A stretch of 32,000 bases of DNA from Microcystis aeruginosa NIES-843 (GTDB taxonomy: Bacteria; Cyanobacteriota; Cyanobacteriia; Cyanobacteriales; Microcystaceae). The stretch is taken from assembly GCF_000010625.1 (NCBI RefSeq), contig NC_010296.1:2280001-2312000 (forward strand), written 5' to 3'. The notes under the pieces were generated by a model that was not told where the DNA came from, searched no databases, and saw only the letters and a program-made list of their open reading frames with translations. How positions within the stretch are numbered: the first letter of the stretch is position 1; every line of letters begins with the position of its first letter. Below are positions 8,651-15,984 of this stretch, one piece after another. The position numbers were made by a program, and so were the translations under genes.

Positions 8651-9481
8651 TTAATCCGATGAGGGGGGATTTTCTGCGCTTGGCGATCGAGTTTCTGGGG
8701 GAGTATCTTCTCCGATAGTTTCTTCTGGGGGCAAATCTTCCTCGGTAACTTCAATAATCACCGTTTCGCTAACAGCAATAGTTTCGACTTCAACATTTGC
8801 GACAGGTTCAGTCGGGGGAATTTCTGGGGGATTTTCGGAAGAGTTGATCTCTTCCGTTGCCAAATCAAAATCATCGAAATCATCGAAATCATCGAAAGTT
8901 TCCCCATCATCAATAATTTCTGCGGCTTTTTCCCCAATTTCTGTCACTGATTCTGTAATAGTTTCCCCGATAGCCGCCGCTGTTTCTATAACGGGATCCA
9001 CCGTTTCTTGAGCTTTTTCCGCAATTTCTGTCACTGATTCTGTAATAGTTTCCCCGATAGCCGCGGCTTTTTCTATAACGGGGTCCACCGTTTCTTTAAC
9101 CGTTTCTTTAACTTTTGCCGCTACTTTCTCAGCTTTAGCTTTAGTTTTAGGGGATTGAGAGGGAGTAACTTTCCCCAGACGATTGCCTAACCAACCGACA
9201 ATAGTAAATAATTTAACCGGTTTGTCGGGATAAAAAAGTGCTTGTCTGAGTTTGAGAGTTTGCCAAGCGAAAGCAATAAATAAAATGGCTGCGGCAGCTT
9301 GTCCCAGGAGGATAGCGCCTGTAATCCTTCCCGCGCACAACCAGAGGACAAGGGCATAGAATAATCCTACCGCACTCCAGAGAAAATCATCTTGACGGTG
9401 GCGATCAGGGGCGATAAAAGCGGTGGTGAGGAGGTAGAGACTACTTAATCCCACCACGACCGCTAGGATATAGGGCAACAT
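8651..9481 (-). CDS. Ycf66-like N-terminal membrane domain protein with acidic, repetitive C-terminal tail
   Basis: 276-aa ORF. The first 90 aa carry 3 hydrophobic helices that resemble the Ycf66 N-domain pattern (D.F...VGL......W...R). The tail has a duplicated 29-aa unit, DFDDFDDFDDFD, and Glu/Pro/Thr-rich sequence. Confidence 0.7.
   Translation of the reverse strand: MLPYILAVVVGLSSLYLLTTAFIAPDRHRQDDFLWSAVGLFYALVLWLCAGRITGAILLGQAAAAILFIAFAWQTLKLRQALFYPDKPVKLFTIVGWLGNRLGKVTPSQSPKTKAKAEKVAAKVKETVKETVDPVIEKAAAIGETITESVTEIAEKAQETVDPVIETAAAIGETITESVTEIGEKAAEIIDDGETFDDFDDFDDFDLATEEINSSENPPEIPPTEPVANVEVETIAVSETVIIEVTEEDLPPEETIGEDTPPETRSPSAENPPSSD
8925..9098. repeat. 2 x 87-bp tandem duplication inside the ycf66-like gene
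   Basis: Units at 8925-9011 and 9012-9098 differ at only a few bases. They encode ETVDPVIE.AAAIGETITESVTEI.EKA twice. Confidence 0.9.
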
Positions 9482-9598
9482 TTGCGATTCTCCTTTGACA
9501 TTTCCTTTTTTATTGTGCGTTATTTGGGGTCGATCGAGTCTATTTTTTGATTAATTTGGGAAATTATCGAGTCAGATATTCTTTACCTCTGTTTATGA

Positions 9599-9832
9599 AT
9601 AGCCATCGTTAACATTAGGAAATTCTGGGTTTATCCTCTGCTGCTTGTGCTGGTCAGATTAAACAAGCTTTCGGATCAAACGATTAAGTTTTGGTCTTGA
9701 ACAAGCAAAGAGGAATTAGCAACCCTTGATCAACCCACAGACAAACTGTTATCTTTAGCAATTAGTGCCGATGAGAAATATTTAATTAGTGGTAGTGCTG
9801 ACAAAAATGTAAAAATTTGGCAAAATGGGTAA
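9599..9832 (+). pseudogene. Relic of the 3' end of a WD40-repeat gene
   Basis: A single frame reads ...KLSDQTIKFWS*TSKEELATLDQPTDKLLSLAISADEKYLISGSADKNVKIWQNG*. It carries two WD40 signatures, an in-frame TGA at 9698-9700, and has no start or upstream body. Confidence 0.55.
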
Positions 9833-9848
9833 TAGTGACACCTCAAGA

Positions 9849-9990
9849 TAAGTAAGTAGTTATAATTAAATTGAAGATAAATTTCGCTTCTGATCCCCCC
9901 TGCCCCCCTTAATAAGGGGGGTGCCGATTCCCCCTTAGTCCCCCCTTGATCAGAGGGGTGTCTGACAACTTTTAACACCTACCTACTTAA
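9849..9990. mobile_element. MITE-like element, copy 1 (about 142 bp)
   Basis: Terminal inverted repeats are TAAGTAAGTAG (9849) and ACCTACCTACTTAA (9977-9990). The internal hairpin CCCCCC-TTAATAA-GGGGGG lies at 9903-9921. A second, inverted copy lies at 10990-11051 plus 12639-12704. Confidence 0.6.
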
Positions 9991-10009
9991 CTGCTATAAT
10001 TAGAAACTC

Positions 10010-10993
10010 ATGCCGACAATATTTTATTGGGGAGAAGATGAATTTGCTATTAACCAAGCGGTGAAAAATCTGCAAGTAAAACTTCTCGATCCCAATTGGA
10101 TACAGTTCAATTATGATAAAATTAATGGTGATCGCAATGAGGCAATTATCGAGGCCCTCAATCAAGCGATGACTCCAGTTTTCGGCATGGGAAATCGTTT
10201 GGTTTGGTTAGCTGATACGGTTATTTGTCAACAATGTTCCGAGGATATTTTCAAGGAATTACAGCGCACTTTGCCCAATTTACCCGAAAATTCCTATCTG
10301 TTATTAACCAGTGCCAAAAAACCCGACTCCCGCTTAAAATCGAGCAAGTTTATCCAAAATCAGGCGGAGGTTAAAGAATTTGAACTAATTCCGCCTTGGA
10401 AAGTCGAGGAAATTGCCCAAAGAGTTAGGGAAATTGCCAAAGAAGTGGGAGTAAAATTAACTCCCGATGCGATCGAACTCTTAGCGGAAGCGGTGGGAAA
10501 TAACAGCCGCTTGCTGTGGATGGAGTTAGAAAAACTGCGTTTATTTAAAAATAATTCGGCGGGAACTATTGACAAAAAGGACATTTTAAGCTTAGTCAAC
10601 GCCAGCAATCAAAGCAGCCTACAGTTAGCCAGTGCGATTTTAAAACGGGAGACAGGCAAGGCCCTCGAATTAGTCAATGAATTATTAAATCGTAACGAGA
10701 ACCCCTTGGCTATCACCGCCACCCTAGGGGGTCAATTTCGCACTTGGGCAATAGTGAAATTAAAAATTGAAGAAGGAGAAAAAGACGAGAAAAATATCGC
10801 CGCCGCCGCCGAAATTGCCAATCCCAAGCGACTGTATTTCATTCGCAAAGAGATACAATCCTTTTCTTCTAAGCAACTTCTCGCCACCTTGCCCATACTT
10901 CTGGAATTAGAATATCGTCTCAAGCGGGGTGCAGAACCTTTGGCAACTTTGCAAACCAAAATTATTGAACTTTGTTGTTTATTGGTGACTTAA
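10010..10993 (+). CDS. holA: DNA polymerase III delta subunit
   Basis: 327-aa ORF. The N-terminus (IFYWGEDEFAINQAVKNL) and overall length and pattern are typical of HolA. Confidence 0.88.
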   Translation: MPTIFYWGEDEFAINQAVKNLQVKLLDPNWIQFNYDKINGDRNEAIIEALNQAMTPVFGMGNRLVWLADTVICQQCSEDIFKELQRTLPNLPENSYLLLTSAKKPDSRLKSSKFIQNQAEVKEFELIPPWKVEEIAQRVREIAKEVGVKLTPDAIELLAEAVGNNSRLLWMELEKLRLFKNNSAGTIDKKDILSLVNASNQSSLQLASAILKRETGKALELVNELLNRNENPLAITATLGGQFRTWAIVKLKIEEGEKDEKNIAAAAEIANPKRLYFIRKEIQSFSSKQLLATLPILLELEYRLKRGAEPLATLQTKIIELCCLLVT

Positions 10994-11051
10994 GTAGGTA
11001 GGTATTAAAAACTTTCAGATCCCCCCGCCTATCGGCACCCCCCTTATCAAG
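10990..11051. mobile_element. MITE-like element, copy 2, left part (interrupted by IS)
   Basis: TTAAGTAGGTAGGTATTAAAAACTTTCAGATCCCCCC...CCCCCCTTATCAAG is the reverse complement of the right part of copy 1. The holA stop codon TAA (10991-10993) lies inside its terminal repeat. Confidence 0.6.
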
Positions 11052-12638
11052 CTATCCATTAGTCACATCTTTCTTAACATAAAATTTGACAAAAAGAGAA
11101 AAGTGTGCAAGATGGCTCAAGGGGGTTCTATGGGGGGACTAATTTGATGAGATAGTTTCCAAGTCTGGCTGATATCATGTAACCTTCGCAGTCCCAACCA
11201 AATAGTTTTAACACCTGGTTCACCGTCACCTTTTCTACCTAAAAACCCCCCAAGAGAAGCAATCATTCTGACCGCTTCTCGAAAGGAGGGCGGCTTTTCA
11301 GGTGGCGGACTCTTTTTATGAATAGTGGCACACAAAGATTGCCATTCATGTTCTTCCAAAAAACTTTCACAACTCTCCTCTCCGTGTAAGCGTGCTTGAT
11401 AGGTTAACCAAAGTAATCTCCAAGCTACAATTGAATAGGTAGCTAAGGCCATCTCAATTCTACGACCCGTTTCTAATTGCAGTTTTTCTAATCCACAACC
11501 ACTTTTTAAAACAAAATGATAGCGTTCTATTAACCAGCGATAACTATACCAGCGCACACAGGTTATCGCCGATTCAAAGCTACTAATGTCTAGGCTAGTT
11601 AAGAGGAGCCAACTGATAGGATTAACTCCGGGACGCGGCTTTTCTTCTTCAGCTAAAATTACCTGTAATTTGACCGGTTGACGAGGGTTCGCTTTCGAGT
11701 GATGCTTAGGTACTTGTATTTCAAAACTGGCAAATCTAACTGTTAGTTTAGCTAGTCTAGCCTCGTGATTAGGATTGCGTTTTACTTGCACATCTAGGCT
11801 ACCACAGGCTTTAACTTCTCTGATGGATTGATGTAAATATTTAGGCTCTGGATGCCCTGACCTTTGCTTGTCTTCGAGATAGTTAACTTTTCGGTTATGA
11901 GTTCCTCGGATTAATAAATGAGAGTTAGGACTTCTTGATTGGGCAAATAAATCAAATATGTCTGCCTCACAATCTCCGATTGTTACTACTTGAATATCTT
12001 CGGGTATTTGTTGTTGTGTTTCTGATAAAGAATCTAACCATCTTTGACTTTCTTTTTCTTCGGTTTCTCTTTTTTTTCTTTGCTTGGCAATCCCTAAATT
12101 CTTTTCTTCTCTTGCCCAGACATATTGATTAATCAGTCCTAAAGGTATTCCTTGCGCTGACACTCCTAATGTGGTATGAACTTTGAGACCAAAGGATTTT
12201 TTATAATCTAGATAACCCATTCCTTTTTTGGCTTTTTGGGTCGTAAAGTCTAAACTTGTTGTGTCTTGCACTGCCAAAACTATTGGATGTTCTTTGATTC
12301 TTTCTACTGTACTTTTAGCTTGGGCGGCAATTATATCTGACGGGTGAAAATAGGGGGAATTCCAAAAGTCGTAGGTGGCACTCGCTGCGGCTAGATTTCC
12401 CGAGGCTTGTGGCACACTTGTACTAGGTTGGCTGGCCAAGTTTTCTACGATACTGATTAACCTTTTCTTTCTTCTGGTGTCCCCTAGGTCTGCATACTGT
12501 AATTCTTGGGCTGCCCATTTCTCCATTTTTTTGCTTACCTCCACCTTAATTCCTTCTTTCAAAACTATACCTATCAATCGTTTCCCCTTTTTTTAAGTTT
12601 CTTCTCTTTTTGTTAAGAAAGATCCGACTAATGGATAG
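11052..12638 (-). mobile_element. IS4-family (Tn5/IS50-like) insertion sequence, complete, 1587 bp
   Basis: Imperfect 27-bp inverted repeats are CTATCCATTAGTCACATCTTTCTTAAC (11052-11078) and GTTAAGAAAGATCCGACTAATGGATAG (12612-12638). Direct ATCAAG flanks lie at 11046-11051 and 12639-12644. There is a single transposase ORF. Confidence 0.85.
11117..12526 (-). CDS. IS4-family DDE transposase (Tn5-like N-terminal DNA-binding region)
   Basis: WAAQELQYADLGDTRRKKRL resembles the Tn5 Tnp N-terminus. DDE/YREK-type motifs are present (AVQDTTSLDF, GDCEADIFDLF, YSYRWLIERYHFVLKSG). The track start at 12577 is a TTG, and the first ATG is at 12526. Confidence 0.9.
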   Translation of the reverse strand: MEKWAAQELQYADLGDTRRKKRLISIVENLASQPSTSVPQASGNLAAASATYDFWNSPYFHPSDIIAAQAKSTVERIKEHPIVLAVQDTTSLDFTTQKAKKGMGYLDYKKSFGLKVHTTLGVSAQGIPLGLINQYVWAREEKNLGIAKQRKKRETEEKESQRWLDSLSETQQQIPEDIQVVTIGDCEADIFDLFAQSRSPNSHLLIRGTHNRKVNYLEDKQRSGHPEPKYLHQSIREVKACGSLDVQVKRNPNHEARLAKLTVRFASFEIQVPKHHSKANPRQPVKLQVILAEEEKPRPGVNPISWLLLTSLDISSFESAITCVRWYSYRWLIERYHFVLKSGCGLEKLQLETGRRIEMALATYSIVAWRLLWLTYQARLHGEESCESFLEEHEWQSLCATIHKKSPPPEKPPSFREAVRMIASLGGFLGRKGDGEPGVKTIWLGLRRLHDISQTWKLSHQISPPIEPP

Positions 12639-12704
12639 ATCAAGGGGGGCAGGGGGGATCGAACCTAAAATCTATTTTTGATTTAATTATAACCAGCTAC
12701 TTAA
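12639..12704. mobile_element. MITE-like element, copy 2, right part
   Basis: ATCAAGGGGGGCAGGGGGGATC...TTAATTATAACCAGCTACTTAA is the reverse complement of the left part of copy 1 (9849-9921). Confidence 0.6.
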
Positions 12705-12767
12705 TACTCTTCCTTACCTTTCAGAAATCCTCTAGAATAAGATTCTATAGACTTCTCAAGAACCACA

Positions 12768-14420
12768 ATGACCGATGATGCCATCCCTAGTCTAAATTTA
12801 GCCATCTCTAGTTTAGCCACGAGTAATAATTTCGCCCGTTGGGTGACGAAAGCACCCCTACCGGGGGGATATGTGCATCATGACTGTGAATGGACCGAGA
12901 GTCTAACCACGGAATGGATGGCATGGCAGGAAATGTTCTGTCTGCAAAAAATGCCGACCTTGCCGATGTTAGAGCAATTAGAAGCAAATTCTCGACCTAA
13001 ACTGACTCTTTCGGGAGAAGGCGGCAGTTATGGCGGTCAATTAATGCAGAAACTAGGTATTAGTCTCTGGCAATGGTTATTTCAAGCATCAATTGGTCAA
13101 AGTTTCGCCCAAAGTCAGGGAATCGCCCTCGGCAAAAATCAGCCCCTGCGAATTCGCTTGGAATGTCGCAATCCCCATTTAATTCTGCTGCCCTGGGAAA
13201 TTATGCAGCAAGCAGGTAAACAGGCCATATCTCTGCATCCGAATATACTCTTTAGCCGGACCACCAGCGATGTGGAACCACTACCACCGATAAAACCGAG
13301 TAATAGTCTCAATATTCTCTTAGTTATCGGCGAAAAACAGATTAAAACCGCCGCTAGTTCCCTCAACCTCACCGCCATTAATACCGGTGGAGAAACTAAT
13401 CCCGACCAGGCACTGGAATCCGAAGCCGCCAATCTTATCCGGGCCATCTCCCCCAGTGGTTCCCCCCCTGAGAATTTGGGAGTGAAAATCAAAGTCGATA
13501 CCCTAATTCGACCGGGGGCGAAAGAACTGACCGAGGCCTTGGATACGGGTAAATATCAAGCTTTTTTCTACGCTGGCCACGGAATCGCCGCCCCCAATGG
13601 CGGTTCCCTATTTCTGCGGACAGGGGAACAGCTAAACGGGACGGAGTTGGCCCAAGCTTTGGTGAGAAATCAAGTCATTTTAACCGTTTTTAATGCTTGC
13701 TGGGGTGCTTATCCCGCTAAATCGGGTCAGGAGATGATTCCCCGCAGCAGTCTGGCGGAAGTCTTGATTCACCATGGCGTTCCCGCAGTTTTGGCCATGC
13801 GAGATGCGATCGCTGATCGAGAGGCCTTGAGTTTTATCGAAGTTTTTACCCGCACCCTCTTCGGGTTCAAAGACAAAGAAGCGCAGATGTCCAAGTTGTT
13901 TCCCGCTCCAAGAGTCCCTATTGATCAGGCCGTTCGTATCGCCAGGCAGCAATTATTAACCCTCTACAAGTACAATCAACCCGCTTGGACTTTGCCGATT
14001 CTCTATATGCACCCGGAATTCGACGGGCAATTGCTGCAAACCCTTGATGAGACTCAATCACCGACGGTTATGCCCAATGTCTCCGGAACCATGCCCGCCG
14101 CTTTCTTATACTATCTCGATCGTCCCGAAAGAAAATGGTCAATCCGTGGTGGTGGCATGAATATAGGACGGGACATGGAAAATGATCTACAGATTACTGA
14201 AAAATGGGTTAGTAAAAACCATTGTCGGATCATTTGCCGTAAAAAACCCGATGATTCAGACTATCAATACTTTCTCGAAGATTTCTCCCGTTTTGGTACT
14301 TTTATCTACCAAGATGGCCAGTGGAAGCAGGTACATAACCAAGAAGTTCCCCTAGAGTCCGGTTTACAGATTCGCTTCGGCAGTTACCAAGGCCAAATCC
14401 TCGCATTTGTGGTCGAATAA
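12768..14420 (+). CDS. CHAT-domain (caspase-like) protease fused to a C-terminal FHA domain
   Basis: 550-aa ORF. It has the LPWEIM motif, a His in FFYAGHG and a Cys in VFNACWG (CHAT catalytic dyad pattern). The C-terminal FHA signature is NIGR...VSKNHCRI...FSRFGTFI...LQIRFG. Confidence 0.85.
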   Translation: MTDDAIPSLNLAISSLATSNNFARWVTKAPLPGGYVHHDCEWTESLTTEWMAWQEMFCLQKMPTLPMLEQLEANSRPKLTLSGEGGSYGGQLMQKLGISLWQWLFQASIGQSFAQSQGIALGKNQPLRIRLECRNPHLILLPWEIMQQAGKQAISLHPNILFSRTTSDVEPLPPIKPSNSLNILLVIGEKQIKTAASSLNLTAINTGGETNPDQALESEAANLIRAISPSGSPPENLGVKIKVDTLIRPGAKELTEALDTGKYQAFFYAGHGIAAPNGGSLFLRTGEQLNGTELAQALVRNQVILTVFNACWGAYPAKSGQEMIPRSSLAEVLIHHGVPAVLAMRDAIADREALSFIEVFTRTLFGFKDKEAQMSKLFPAPRVPIDQAVRIARQQLLTLYKYNQPAWTLPILYMHPEFDGQLLQTLDETQSPTVMPNVSGTMPAAFLYYLDRPERKWSIRGGGMNIGRDMENDLQITEKWVSKNHCRIICRKKPDDSDYQYFLEDFSRFGTFIYQDGQWKQVHNQEVPLESGLQIRFGSYQGQILAFVVE

Positions 14421-14627
14421 TTAGGGTTGGCTGAAAAAGTTTGTCGTCGGGGCAGGGTGTGGGGTGTGGGGTGTGGGGTGTTGGGGTTTTGGGGTGTTGG
14501 GGTTTTGGGGTGTGGGGTGTGGGGTGTGGGGTGTGGGGTGTGGGGTGTGGGAAGAATAAATAAAAATAATCTCCTGTCTCCTGACTCCTGACTCCTGCCT
14601 CCTGACTCCTGACTCCTGTCTCCTGCC
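14421..14627. repeat. Composite intergenic repeat: 22-nt motif, (GGGGTGT/GGGGTTTT)n array, AT-rich core and (CTCCTGN)8 array
   Basis: TAGGGTTGGCTGAAAAAGTTTG starts at 14422. At least 13 consecutive G3-4 tracts lie at 14449-14551. The core GGGAAGAATAAATAAAAATAAT follows, then eight 7-nt units CTCCTG[T/A/C] at 14571-14626. Confidence 0.9.
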
Positions 14628-14635
14628 TTCGTTAA

Positions 14636-15793
14636 CTAACTTTTTGCTTCCTCTTTAAGGGAATAAATTGGTTTAAACCAACCTTTGCGCCAGAAGTAGA
14701 AAATCAAGCCTCCCGCTACGGCTAACATGACTAACCAGACCATGAAATAACTCCATTCTCCTTTTAATTCTGGCATATTCTCGAAGTTCATGCCATAGAC
14801 ACCAACGATAAAAGTTAAGGGAATAAAAATCGTCGAAATTACGGTTAAAAACTTCATAATTTCGTTTAATTTATTGCCCATAGTGGACATATAAACATCC
14901 ATCAAACTCGCCGCTAATTCTCGATAAGCTTCGATAATTTCCAGAATTTGAATGACGTGGTCGTAGGAATCCCGAAAATAAATTTGTACTTCATCGCTGA
15001 CTATACCATGATGGTCACGCATGAGTAGATGTAGGACATTTCGCATCGGCCAAATTAAGCGACGCAGTGCCAATAATTCCCGACGGACATCATAGATTTC
15101 CTGCATTGTATCTCGATCGGGATTACTAATGATCATATCTTCCAACGCTTCAATCCGATCTTCGTAGTGTTCTACCACGGGAAAATAACCATCGATAATC
15201 GTGTCTAATAATAAATAGGTTAAATAATCCGCCCCCGATTTCCGTACTCGTCCCTGGGAAGTGCGAATTCGATCTCTCACTATCTCAAAACAGTCCTGTA
15301 ATTCCTCCTCTTGAAAACTTAAAAGATAGCGTTTTCCCAAGACAAAACTCACCTGTTCCGTATCAAAACCGCTTTCATCTTCTTTCAGTCGCACCATCTG
15401 AGAAATCACTAACAATTGATTGTTATAGTCCTCTAACTTCGGTCGCTGCGGCACATTAACCACATCTTCTAATAACAAAGGATGCAGATTAAAAATTTCT
15501 CCCACCTGTTTTAAAACCGTCTCACTACCTAACCCTTGAATATCCATCCAAGACACGGTATTTGTGCCAATATAGGGGGCGCAAGCATTGGGAGTAATAT
15601 CCACCTTGCGAATGGCGTTATCTTCATCGTAGTCGATTAAAATAATCCGCGAGGGTTTGGCATCCGGTTCGATAATTAATGTCCCTGGTTCACTACCCGG
15701 TTCATCATAAAAATAATCGAAGTAGTCTTCTTCCTCGTCTCCATCGGTATCGGGACGATTGTTGACGAATATATCGGGTTGTAGTTGGGTCAT
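14636..15793 (-). CDS. corA: Magnesium/cobalt transporter CorA
   Basis: 385-aa ORF with the YGMNFENMPE (GMN) motif followed by the final TM helix. The cytoplasmic N-domain is acidic. Confidence 0.93.
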   Translation of the reverse strand: MTQLQPDIFVNNRPDTDGDEEEDYFDYFYDEPGSEPGTLIIEPDAKPSRIILIDYDEDNAIRKVDITPNACAPYIGTNTVSWMDIQGLGSETVLKQVGEIFNLHPLLLEDVVNVPQRPKLEDYNNQLLVISQMVRLKEDESGFDTEQVSFVLGKRYLLSFQEEELQDCFEIVRDRIRTSQGRVRKSGADYLTYLLLDTIIDGYFPVVEHYEDRIEALEDMIISNPDRDTMQEIYDVRRELLALRRLIWPMRNVLHLLMRDHHGIVSDEVQIYFRDSYDHVIQILEIIEAYRELAASLMDVYMSTMGNKLNEIMKFLTVISTIFIPLTFIVGVYGMNFENMPELKGEWSYFMVWLVMLAVAGGLIFYFWRKGWFKPIYSLKEEAKS

Positions 15794-15984
15794 AAGCTTA
15801 CAACAATCTGGCTAATTTGGGCAATCAGAAAACAGAGAAGTTAAAAAATTTAATTTGCCTAAAGTTACTATCTATCGCCATGAGATTACAGTAAACTGAA
15901 GATTGTTTACTGATTTATTCCCTCCTGATGATTGTCAACGATCAGATTAATCGGGAGAATTAGCCATCTTGACGGCCAAAATTT

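Noticed and set aside
9730-10165. ORFs 9730..9978(-) and 9983..10165(-)
   Set aside because: The first is a translation of the MITE-like repeat (PLLRGAGGI-type low-complexity peptide) running antisense through the WD40 relic. The second is antisense to the holA 5' end.
11935-12596. Plus-strand ORFs 11935..12132 and 12375..12596 inside the IS
   Set aside because: They are antisense to the transposase gene and have no known IS4 accessory gene pattern.
13139-13952. Minus-strand ORFs 13139..13492 and 13680..13952
   Set aside because: They are antisense to the CHAT-FHA gene. The CHAT and FHA motifs clearly define the + frame.
5231-14420. AAA-WD40 NTPase and CHAT-FHA protease as parts of one two-component conflict system
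   Set aside because: They are 4.2 kb apart. They are separated by an oppositely oriented ycf66-like gene, holA, two MITE copies and an IS. Nothing suggests an operon or coupling, so they are treated as independent genes.
14449-14627. Heptamer arrays considered as a CRISPR array or telomere-like sequence
   Set aside because: The units are 7-8 nt with no unique spacers, so this is not CRISPR. G4T4 similarity to ciliate telomeres is coincidental in an internal bacterial intergenic region, and this is better described as STRR-type tandem repeats.
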